Assembly (NCBI GenBank): GCA_000934665.2
Contig: KZ537986.1
Location: 124,001 to 182,900 of the forward strand
Origin: Catajapyx aquilonaris
Lineage: Eukaryota
Direction: 5' to 3'
Length of the DNA stretch: 58,900 nt
This document shows, piece after piece, positions 1 to 11,700 of this stretch; position 1 is the stretch's first letter; each line of letters starts with the position of its first letter. Below the pieces are notes generated by a model. That model was given only the letters and a program-made list of their open reading frames with translations, was not told where the DNA came from and ran no database searches. Position numbers and translations under genes: made by a program.

Positions 1-1289
1 GAAGTGTATTTTCACAAAAAGTGCCTCAAAAATGTGGGGAGGGGAGGATCAGTTGAGTAGAATATTAAATCCATGACCTGAATAATAAAATTTATGTTAT
101 GAGATGCATGGATTCGGGGTGGTAGGCGCACCCCAGCTCAACATTATTTACATTTTCAATCCACACATGCATGACTTTATGACTCCCGAAATTATGCGCA
201 GGAACGCCTCCCAGCATCTTCGGAGATTACGGTGTGAATATACTGCCTACAAGAACCGTAACGAAGATTAAGAATGGGCGCTGGTTTAGACTCATAAAAA
301 ATTTCGGGCCCTAACTTCTTCCACCTCCGTTACGACCCTGCAAGTTGGCAAAGAAAAACAGACAACGAAACACCATCTCTTCTGGGCCACGCCAAAGTGG
401 ATGGTCGCCTGAATGGGATTTTCACTCTACTGTTTTTAGCCAGAAAAAAAAAATGAGAAGAAAAAAATGTGGAAAAGCCCAGTTTGAGAGCTACTGGTTA
501 CATAATACCCAAGCCCAGTTGTGTGAGGATCTACGCCTTGGGCTCCCAAACTTTATTCCGAAAGCTGGTGCAGTTTCCGGAGCCTTAAAAGCCCCCAGCC
601 CACCAAACCCATCCGGTAGCCTTTTTATTTGATTTTTTTTTTCTTCTCCCCTTCTCATTTTCTCTCTCTCTCTCTCCTTCCTTCTTTCACGAGTGTGCTT
701 CGGCCCTGTGTTCTCCATGCCCCAACATGACAATATAACAAATTGTATCCACTTCCACACCGCCATATCCTTCATTTTCTGGATGGGACGTGCCAGCCGC
801 GCCCGCATTTGTCTTGGGCCCTCGCTTCTCGTCTTCCCCTCCACAGAATGCCCTCAGCTCCTCCAAAAAAGCTGAATCCATCTCCCCCTCTGGTGAAGGA
901 GGTAATCACTCTGGAAATCCAGGCGAACACTTGGGAGACAAGTACGCGGGAATCAGTGGAATCAAACCGCAAGTACAGTGCAATCCATCTCCCCCACTTC
1001 CCTGTCCCTGCAATTACGGCCCACGCCCTTCAAAATTTAGCCCCAAACACCAATTGTCTGGTCTCTGGGAAAAGTTTGTCGAAGGAAGGGGGCGCAAGGC
1101 AGTAGCGAACCCAATAACAAGTCGCGCCATTAATGCAAAACTCGTAAAGAAGGGAAAACTTGGTCGGGCGATGCTAAACAGCGCTCATCTAGTTGCGACA
1201 CGAGAGGATCTCTTCGTTGTCAAGTCGACAACGCTCCGGGCCAAACAAAGTTAAAGGGGAGGAAGGCAATGAATCCGCCGGGAGCGGGT

Positions 1290-1390
1290 CCGGGTGACGT
1301 CACAGGCAGCAAACATAAGATTAAGCGAAGAAACACCCCATGGGTTGCCATGGAAGCGACGACCAATCATAGCGATCCGGGCGGAGGTCA
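1290..1390. promoter_or_regulatory. Promoter-like motif cluster (CRE, RFX X-box-like, CCAAT, GC box); target gene unidentified
   Basis: GTGACGTCAC 1294-1303, GTTGCCATGGAAGC 1344-1357, CCAAT 1363-1367 and GGGCGG 1379-1384, all within 100 bp of CpG-rich DNA. Confidence 0.5.
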
Positions 1391-3263
1391 GATCGGGTTC
1401 CACACTTTGATGAGTGGGCCCCAAGACGGCGTCTGGGAAACTGCCACCTTGGAAAACGGATCCTGCTTCACTGGCACTTTCTTCCCCGTATAATTATATT
1501 GCTCTGAGCACCGCGACGCCTCTTTCTGCCCTGCCCTCCGAATGGGAATAGCCGTATTTCATCGTGATTTTATCACTCCAATTGAAACGAAATAGGCCTA
1601 CACATCACGGGGCCAGAAGAAGAAGAAGAAACGGAGGAGTTTCCCTTCCGCCCTCCCCTCCATGCAGGAGATAGATTACTTGCTCAACTCTGTCATGCCG
1701 AATATTAAAATCGCCCTGCTGCTTGCCTTCAAACTACTGCTACTTGATTTAAGGCTGCTGAGAAGAGGTGAGGGCGGGGACGGGGGGTAATCAAGACCTC
1801 CCACTCCCCACCCTGCGAAAATAAGCAAAAAGGCAGCCAGAGACAGTTTCAAGAGAGCAGCTCGCCTCCACCTTCCTTCTTCCCTTTTCGCTGGCTGTGG
1901 CACCAGCAGCATTTTATTATGCTATATTGAATCGCCTTGCTCATTTCCCCAGCAATCAGGGGAACTTGATAACTTTGGCAATACTTTCACACGATATTAT
2001 GCAAAACAGTCCCTCTTTATACTCGCTCGCCATCTGCGTCGGATAGGCATTCAAACTCACTTAAAACCTTTCCAGAGAAGAAGTTTTAAACGTGCCAACG
2101 CATCAATGAAAGAAATTGATCTTTTTCCACCGCACCGCCATCCTACTCGCAAAACCCCCTCCAGTCAGGCAGCCAACCAACCTCCCTTCTCCTCCTATCC
2201 CCCAACAACCCCCCCCCCCCGCCACCCATCCTCCTCCTCCTCTTTCTACTTTATTTATAAATCCCACAGCGAAGTTTTATAATTTTGTCCGTCGCCACTC
2301 CGATTTCCCGGCTACAGGATTTCGAGGGGTTTATAGAGCTTCCACAAAAAAGGAAATGATAGGCAAAGGAGGAGGGAAAACTAACAAAGGGAGAGCAGGA
2401 GAAAAGGAAATGGAAAAGATGGCTGAAAAGGGAAAGAAATGTGGCAATAACTGTGGACCATGCACAACAGGCTGGAGACAAGCCTTATTAATATTTCTGT
2501 AAATAGCTCATGAACATATACGTCACTGTGGTACACACCAAAACAACATTTATTGCGGTTAACAAAGCTCACATGCATAACAACAACAACAAAACAACAG
2601 TCTTACAAACTGTACTGTACATTGCAGACAGTGCGGGACATTATTCCATTACCAAAGTTGTGAGGTTCCTATACGCTTTCAGAAATATGCGGTGCGCACT
2701 ACGAGTGAGTGACGTGGAATTTCGCAATGCGTATTCCAGTGTACGGTGCTTGCCATTTCGCCGAGTTTCACTTCGTCAAAATTATGAGTGTTCACGGCAT
2801 AAAAAGGATCCCATCAAAACGTTTGCATTGGCGAAAATTTATTTTTCACAGCTTCATTAAGCTCGGCTAAGAGCAGTTATGACATTTTTTTCAGTCACAA
2901 GCTATAGTATCCCATGACAATGTTAAGTGGAGGACGTGTCAAGGCATAAAAAATAATTGCTTTTCCCTTGATCATTGTGCATGCCTCTCGCTAAGCTATT
3001 CGAAATGTAATTAGGAGATAAAAATAAATCATCGACAAATGCAAACCTGATCGTAACTCATATAAGAATACCCTACATATGTCTTTTGCAATCATATTTT
3101 CTTCACCTTTGACTGCGCGCCTCGAGTGAAAACGCGCGAGTTATGGTGGCTTCCTTTAAAATGCAATTCGGCGAATCGGCCATGAACCTACAGTAGTTCT
3201 TCCCAGATTACATGGAATAAATAATCGCAGCAGCTGCACGGAAGAGCAGTCGCCCGGGAGTGC

Positions 3264-3269
3264 TTTATT
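3264..3269 (-). terminator. Polyadenylation signal (AATAAA) of the secreted-protein gene
   Basis: Plus-strand tttatt about 130 nt past the stop codon at 3397. Confidence 0.5.
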
Positions 3270-3396
3270 TTTGTACGTTTTCAGAAGTTCTCCAAACTAC
3301 CCGCCACTTTTTCCCCTTCCCTTCTCCCTATACTTCACATAAGTGACTGAAGCTAGCGCGACTTGCTTCCCTCCGTATGTGTGACTGGACAACGAC

Positions 3397-5639
3397 CTAT
3401 GTCTCCCCGTTGCGAGCTATCCTCGTGAAGTAACTATGCGAGTATGGATGGGCATCCGCACTTTGCACTCCCCGTTTTCCAGAAGTTTCCGGGTCATTTT
3501 CCGTGCTACTTTCGGCCCCATCGCCCGCCTCCTGCTCTTTTTCTGACTTCTGACCCTCCGACGCCCCTTCGCCACTTCTGTACTGCTCCTCCTCCTGGGG
3601 CTGCTCGGAATTCTGCGAACCGGACGAGTCACCCAAGCTGCCCAATATGTACCTGATGTCTACGTATTGAGGCCCTGCCGTGCTATACCCTTCCGTGTTG
3701 GGTGCCGGGGTCGCCGCGTAGGAAGTCCTTACACTCACACTGGCTGGATGAACCTGGTTTACATTGTACTCCACCCCAGACGAGGACTTGTAAACCACCT
3801 CTGCCGAGACTCCTTTGCCTGTCAGTATGGGATACCTAACGGTGCTGGATTCCGCAGGCCTTCGGTCCTCGTTGCCATCGTACACGACTTCTGGCTCTGA
3901 ATCAGTCCCGTTCTTGGCCTCCTCGACAGAGCCTTCATTAGGAAGCACAAAACTCACATTAGAATTGGGCAGCGAGTAGGCGATGTAACTGGTGCCTCCG
4001 ACATATAGTCTGGGGTCACCCCCAGGAACTAATCCGGGCGGGGGATATTGAATGTTATTGACCCCAATAACCTGTTGGGGTGGGTAGGCTGCTGGTTGCT
4101 GTTGCGGCTGCTGTTCGGCGACGGGTTGCACCACCGAAAACTGCTGACCCACGGGGTATCCAGGCGCCTGACCACCCAAGAACTGATTTGGCACAGCTCC
4201 CTGCCCGTAAGCATTGTAAACGTGAGAAAAGGGCGATGAAAACTGCGGATGCTGTCCGGGATGCAGGATGGGTTCGTTGACAACGGGTCTAAACACGGTC
4301 AGGTAATGCACGGGCGACCCCGGGGGTCTTTGAAGCCCACCCGCATAATCGATGCCCGGAATCACCCTGTACTGTGGTCCCAAAGGCTGCTGCTGCTCTG
4401 CTGGGAATCCCTGATAAAAATCGGAGTTGATGGCGTTCAATCCAAACCCACCGTACGGATCTAGAAGCGGCTCTCGAGGAACAGGATGCTCCGTAGGTTC
4501 CACCGCCTTGGGTCGTTGGTGCCCAGTGGTCGTGACCTCCACGTTGGAAGCTGCCGATCCTTGATTAAGGTCGCCGGCGTTCAATCTGGGCAGGTGAGCA
4601 TAAGGGTCGACCTGGATGCCATGCCCGCTGTGAACTTCCACAGAGGGCCTCTGAAATAAAGGCTGCCGAGCCTGCCCACCGTGATGGAATTCAACAGGCG
4701 GATTGCTAATGAACTCGTTCACAGTATGTCCGTTGTACACCTCCAATGAGGGCTGGATCCGAACATGGGAACCCTTTCCGGGAGACACCGTGTCATGCGT
4801 GGTACGTCCGAACCTGATGTCCTGACCCAAGGTGCTGGGTGAGGGCGAGGGAGGGGCGCTTAAGAACACCTGCGGATTCAACTGGGTTGGCACCGTGGGG
4901 GGGGCAAGAGTTGCGAACACCAGTCCGGGCAAATGCTGCCCGGATATGCTGTTGTCCAAAATTTGGCCATGAATAGGCTGCTTGTTGCCCACACTGCCTC
5001 TGAACAAAGTCTCTTTGGTCAGCCCCAATTCCGGATGGTACGATGAGTCCACAAACGTCGGCCGGGTAGGAAATTGCCCAGAGTCGATGTTCTCCGTGAT
5101 CTTCACCAGGGGCTTCCACGATCCAGGTGACCCCAACTGGGGGCTAAACAACGGGCGGAATACGACACGTTGGTGTCCGGCTCCTTGTGTTTGCACATTG
5201 GTCGGGTATAGGACTGGCTGAGGAGGCGGATGGAACACGACGCCTCTCTGAGATTCGCCGTGATGTAACGGCTCGGGAGGATGCAGGTTTTGGTTCACTT
5301 TGGGATGGGACTGATAATGCACCGGGGGCGACCCGAAGTACCTAAACAAGCGTTTGCGTCTCTGCTGGCGTACGGGCTTGATCACTATGTGGCCATAGTG
5401 CTTAGGTACCAGCTGATAGTTGTCATACGACGACGACGCTGCCGTCGACAACCGCACGCGCGTCGAAGGGTTCCGATTGCTGGCTCCGTTGGGCACGTGC
5501 TTGGCCCTCCGCCGGACAAAGGCGTCGCTCAGTGCAAAACAAAGAATTACCAGCAAAATCTGCGGAAGCAAACAATTTTCTCTAAGCTTCTTGAACTGCA
5601 CCGAAAATGGCCACGTGAATCCCTTACCGTGAGCTTCAT
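3397..5639 (-). CDS. Secreted Pro/Gln/His/Gly-rich low-complexity protein, ~724 aa (cuticle/extracellular-matrix-like, family unassigned)
   Basis: Exon 1 is 5639-5628 (ATG AAG CTC ACG|gtaagg), followed by a 68-nt phase-0 intron ending ttccgcag; exon 2 is 5559-3397 in the 752-aa ORF frame. The spliced N-terminus MKLT-ILLVILCFALSDA is a signal peptide, and a 4-codon first exon is typical of insect cuticular/secreted genes. I recognise no Rebers-Riddiford motif. Confidence 0.85.
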
Positions 5640-5689
5640 CGTGTTCCAACAGCACGCACTTCCCCAGCTGAGCAAGGTACCGACCAAAA

Positions 5690-5730
5690 CTAACAAATGA
5701 GTGTCAACACCGACTGCATAAGCTTATATA
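5690..5730 (-). promoter_or_regulatory. TATA box and initiator-like core promoter of the secreted-protein gene
   Basis: Minus-strand TATATAAG at 5730-5723, then TCATTT/TTAGTT Inr-like sequence about 30 nt further on, roughly 55-60 nt upstream of the ATG at 5639. Confidence 0.7.
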
Positions 5731-8700
5731 GACCAGCAGGGCCGTCGCAAGGAAACCAACTGGCTTGAGTCGCTAGGAGCGTTGAAGTTTCAACCAGCAA
5801 AAGTGACCTAGAAAGGACGCCCTTGCTCCTCCTCTCCTCCTGGCCCGGCCCTAACACTTTCCGGAAGCCATGCCCATCTCTGTCGTAGGTTTTTTCTCCT
5901 CCTTCCTCCTCCCCCACACTCCCTCTGCTTTTGTTTTCTTTTTTGCCCATCTTCCCCTTCACAACACGCAGTTGTGTTTGGGCGCTTCAGGCCAGGCAAG
6001 CCGCCTTGGCAGAATCGATACAAAAACAATAATAAAAACAGCCCAACAACTATTGACATTTCGCTTGAGTTACAGCTTTCTCTTCGATTTTCATCCCACC
6101 TTTTCCAGATGCAAACGACCTTCCGCCATCACGTGATCGCCTTCTCTTTTGTTTTCATCTGCTACAGAGCCCACCCATTGTGATCAAGAAAATTGGGACA
6201 TTGCCTCCAACAATAGGTCCCAAAGTGATCTGATTGCTCAGGGAGCTTATGCGCGGAACCACCACGTTTTTGGCAAATATGTCTGCAGCGCTTCAAACAG
6301 TTGGCCTACATGTGAAGTCATGCGTGAGAAAGCGCATCTTTCCGCCGGCATTGTGTAACGTCAGTCACAACTCTAATTTGTCATACGGTGTTACATGATA
6401 ATAACGTATATTTGCAGCATGCTGCTCCCAAAAGATATGCTTTCCAGTAAACAGAGTATAGGGACGGGTGTGCTAATTTCGGTAAACTGCTTTAACATGG
6501 TTTTTCACTGGTCGCAACATTATAACAAGGAATAAAACTCACGATCCAGAGTTATACCATAATAGGTCTATATGAGGAGGTATAACAACCCTTAAATGAG
6601 ATGATCCTTCTAATTGCCCAAACCTGAACTTAACAGACTAGTTCCAATCTGCGTTCAGAATCCAGAGGGAAATCAATTTAAGAACATTCCTAGACTCCAA
6701 ATTGCCCTCGAATTTGGGCTGATTTCCATGCAAATGCATAGATGATTTTATGGAATCCCTCCATATGCATCGTCTACCCATTGTGTACAATAATCTTACC
6801 TGCAATACTTGTATACCACGTTGCAAATATCTGAAGGCATTATATATACAGAACTACCAGAGCCACAGTTGGTCGAGGTAGAGTTTGGCATTGTTTAATA
6901 TAATCATCGAAAGGTATTTCCAAATTGTTATTTTCCGACCGAGAAAGGAAAAAACGCTCACAGGTCGAAATCAGTCAAATGTAACTGATCGTGTTGCATT
7001 TCTGGTCTTCAGCTCCATGCTCGCTAACGGTAAAAGTTCCGGATGATTCATTAAATCATTGTACACGTTATGGCCTTCCATTAAAATCCGTTTCATTGGA
7101 CATCTTTGCCATGGGTTCTTCAAGTGACGTCAACCGTCTTGGGTGGAATTTCCCGTATAATGTTCCTAGGACTTTTCAACCCAATGTGGTAACCTAATTT
7201 CACACCTTGAAGAGAAGCATATTTTATTCAGAAGTAGCTAGCAGCTGAGGTATGCTTCAAGAATGTTCATCAACAGAGCTCGCTTGTCTATATACAAAAG
7301 TGAATCAACTCTGAGCTTCCAAGAGCGTCACCAGACTTATTTTTTTCTCTTCCCCCCCCCCCTCCCTCCTATACTCAAGGTGTCGGAATGTCACGTCCTT
7401 CTTTACCCCTCTCCATGAACAATGGGACGCAATTATCACTCCTTCCGACTACAACAACCATTTATGTACAAACGCTGCGCGACAAAAGGGGAAACAACGC
7501 CGCCCTTTCACTCGCCTGCTCATCCCTTCTGCTCCTGATAAAACGCACACACCCCTTTCATAACGTACCGAGCAATTATCCCATACTGGAAGTGAGTTTT
7601 TATTACGACCTCTCACGCAAGCGGAGCCTCCCTGCGTCTCACGCACAATGGAAGCAGCCGGTAGTACATGTAGACACGTTCAGGGCGGAATGCATACGAA
7701 GCAGAGGGGGAGAAGAAGATCAGGTCAACTCGGTTCGCCAACCCACCACCCCCTCGTTGAAAACATGTCTCCGGTCAACCACACCTAACGGCTGACCACG
7801 CCGACTCGTAAAAGCCATCGGAAAGCCAACCTAGACTTTTCTAGGTCAGTAGGGTGTGATGGAAGGAGATGGGCCGTGGAGCAGGTGTGGCAGCCTCCAC
7901 CACCTTCCCGAGGAGGGGTCCGCTACGATCGGAAAAAAATCGCAAAAAAAAAAAAAAAACAAGTCCAATGACTCCACCCGGGCTTGTTGTACACTGGAAC
8001 AAGGTCGACCGACTTTTTCACTCACGAGGAGAAAACGCTAAACGATCGAGGAACCTAACGCACGCCATTGAAAAGACGCAGCCCCTCTTTTTTATGTATT
8101 GCTTCGACCGCGAGCAAAAGCACTCCTGAAATTAAAGCCACGTATCAGTCAAGGACTTTCGCTCCACCCTCCCAAAAAAAGGCCTTTTCCTGGGCCAACT
8201 TAGAAGCTCTATATATCGGTGGAACTTTCACAACGCTCTCGTCTTCTCCTCCGGCTGGCTTGTGGTTTCAGTGTCTACACAAAGCAGCAGATAAATCACC
8301 GTACCAGTGACACGGTGCCATGGTAATTACGCTCCCCAGAAAGTTTTGTGCGGAGGTGGGTTGCGGAGTGGAGGAAGGAGGACTGGGGGGGAGGTGGGAG
8401 AGGCAAGATATTTGCATCCAGATGAAAAGCTGGAAAGTCGCCTAAGATGACTCTTATGAATTCCACCAGCCCTCGAGTCCCTAAAAACCTGAGATCATAA
8501 ACACTTGATTCCTTAGCTATACAACTGGAAAGAATTTGATGACATTTACGAATGAGACCCAATCTACCTTCCCGCTAATGGAATTCCCAATCCGTATTCG
8601 GTTAAGTCTCGTAAATTTTTATTTGCATTCAGCAGGACGTAAAGTTCGTAACGTCCCGAACTCTTCGGTAAAAATTTCTGGATAAAAGTTCTAAAAATTC

Positions 8701-11700
8701 ATGACTCCGGAGAACTTTCTAAATAATCAATACGAAAGCCAAGTTTCACTAGGGGTGAAAGTGTTAATTATGAATCACACGCACAATGTCAATGTCGCAC
8801 ATGTCCAACGCAAGACCCGTCGTTCTCACGCCAAAACTCGACTAAAAAGTGTGAAATCTCCAGATAATGAAAGTGGCTTACTGCAAAATTATTGGCTTTT
8901 TTCCAACCGCTTGTATTCCAGAATGAACATGGGAATCGTGATCTTGTGAATTTCTCAATACTTTTCAAATGCAAGTAATGAGACGTTACAGACATTTTAT
9001 TACTGGTACAACTGGTCACGTGAGAGAAAATTGGCGGAAGTAAACGATTGTGATAGAGATGATCACAAATTTTTATGGGACACAATGTAAAAGCTACTTC
9101 TGTTAGTGTAACTACAATATCATCAATGCAGCACGACCTGGTGTAAACTTACGCACTTTTATCGAATCGATGTGCCTTTTTTTCAGCCCTCCCATCGTTT
9201 TTCAGAATTTCATGCGTGAATATTTCCAAACGCACGAGTAATTTCTCACCGTCTAATTTTTCAAGTCCATGCAACATCAGAGAAATAGTGACTCTCATTT
9301 AGCTATTACTAGCGTGATTCCTCGGCAGATTCAACAACTACACTTGATAGGGTATACCTCTCCGTCTGAGCAGTATCATAAAAACCCAATTATTTACGGT
9401 TGTGACATCTGTCATGTGCGTTGATCAAAATCATAAACGACTGTCCCACATCACCAAGCTTGTATTTTCAAGTTTTAAGTTTTCCAAGTCTACTGTAGAT
9501 GGAAAATGGCGATTGTAAGGGAAGCCTTACATTTAATTTGTTAAATGTGACTTAATTTATGCAGGAGGCCATCATAATCTAGTAATCTAGTTAAATTTCA
9601 ACTACAAGAGCTCCAAGGTTGTAGTGTTATGACGAGGAAGATGCACCTGCTGAAGCAAGTAATCTAGCTGTCATCATTTTGTCCTACATAGAACCTGAAA
9701 ATGTGGCGGAGGAGGGAATTGGCCACTTTTCGTTGTCGTTTTTGCTGTTCACCACATTCCAAAACAATGTTCGCATGTAATAATCCTCTTACGTGCTGGC
9801 TCTACACAACAGTTTTAGATTTTGATCATAAGTTAACACTATTGTGAGGCAACACATACAGTATCGTGCAACACATTTTTTTACTATCAGCATCCCATCA
9901 CGGCCTAATAAATAGCACTAAAATAATGCTCTGTCCTTGATTCCAAAAATAAAAAGAATGTATCCCATCATCCTAGCACAAGTGGATACTGTTACTGCAA
10001 TTATTACAAAGTGGAAAGAGGCAGGCCAACATTTCAATTCATCGAAGTCATGGCGGCCTCTCGTTGAAAGCACTTGTTACTATCTTATCCACTTTATAAG
10101 AGTCATTACCTGTCCGGTCTCGGAACAATGACCCACAAATATTGCCCTTTTACTTGGGACATAATGTGGCATTGTTTCGCCAAGGGAAGGGAAAGCACTG
10201 TACCCGTTACCAGGCAATGAAACATTGTCCAGGGATTGTACAGTTTGTTCCAAGAAACTGATATTCGTCGTAGAACCCATAAAAAAAATTAACAACGCTA
10301 TATCGCCTTGATTAATGCGAAGAGATTGGCCCAAGTGATTGACACTAATTTCGCAACAAAGCCCCAGGCGAACACATGCCACCCGACACCTTTTCCCCCT
10401 CCTTCTCTCGCCTCACCTAATGAATGCAATTTTTCAAAATATTGCGGCTACCAAGAATTGGAGTTTACCCCGCTCTTCTTCCCTCATTCTTTCATGTCCG
10501 CGTCCGAAAGTGAAACAGTGAAATGTCCTAGCAAAACTGGTCGCCTGCCAAGAGGAAGTAATCCAGGTCACCTCCTCGCTTGAGTGATATGAAATGGAAA
10601 TATCGCTGGGGCACCCCCCCCCCCCCCCNCCCCCCTCGGCAGCTACCAATTTCCGCCTATATGAAGAAACCTCACACCGGCAGCAGAGATGACCCCCTCC
10701 TTCCTTCCCCCTTCCCATCAGCACTATCGCCCTCGCCACGTAAAGTAACCGGAAGCGCTAGTACGACGGGCGATCACCATCCCCTTAACAACCCCTTGGC
10801 AGAATCTTAACAAGGCTAAAGCCTGTATATATCATACCTAAGACGCTGCGATAATTAGCTCCGTAAGATGGGGATTTGTATGGACCCTCGTCCTGGGAGG
10901 AATAATTACTTGATGTAAGCCGTGCGATTTGCGCCGGACATGGCCATCATAGCTATAATGCCTGCAGCTTAACGGCACGTCTTTAGCCGCCGGCTCTTTA
11001 TGAACCAGATGGCTCAGTTATCCTTCGGAATCCCTTCCACGGTTGTTCTTGTGGACGCTACGAAACCTGACCTCCATGCAAATTGGCTGCGCGACCGCAC
11101 GTCCGCGGCTCTCCCAGCTACATGTTCAACATACGTACAGTGCCCCGAATAATATTCCAGCAACGCCGCCAAACAAATGTACTAAATTAATCATGTACAC
11201 TAATGAACACAACTCGCCAAATACAGACACGCCTAAATTATGTACAACGTGTTGCCCAGCGCATGGATGCTTCCGGAGATGTAACGGGGGTTTAATCATT
11301 GCTACAAACTAGCATGTTGCCCCCCCTCCAGGTGAAGGACAGGTGGGCGGCGTGGGTTCCATTCCAGGACAGGTCACTTAAGCTGGTACGATACCCACAC
11401 GGCCACACGGAGGACTTACTTCCATTCAACCTCGACAATTCTCGGCCTAATTGCACCAGGCGAGGTACACACCCTCTGAGGTCATATGCAGCGGGTCATT
11501 AGCACAAGCCAGGAACTGGGTAGCCATGCAGCTGCATTCGAAGTCTGAGTCGTAACTCGCACAAGATTGTATTCGCATTGTAGGCATAAAGTACTGTACA
11601 TGAACACTACGAGGTCGACTTTTTTTGTTCCTGAAATTGGAAGATATAGGGGGGCACACACTCAATTTATTACTAGAACGTGTTCTAATTCATTTCAAGT

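Noticed and set aside
345..2860. Several overlapping 60-154 aa ORFs
   Set aside because: No recognisable domains, driven by simple-sequence composition, and no consistent splice structure. SCWGME in 491-844 only superficially resembles the TIA-1 RRM3 end.
5640..5655. ORF-track start of the 752-aa ORF
   Set aside because: It uses a non-ATG start and reads through a clear GT-AG intron; the spliced ATG at 5639 gives a proper signal peptide.
6640..7260. Possible decayed coding or transposase sequence on the minus strand
   Set aside because: Stop-interrupted frames with no motif I can assign.
9900..10290. RDCTVCSKK stretch reminiscent of a piggyBac Cys-rich tail
   Set aside because: Only one CxxC, no TTAA-flanked TIRs and no recognisable catalytic core; a TBLASTN/HMM hit would be needed.
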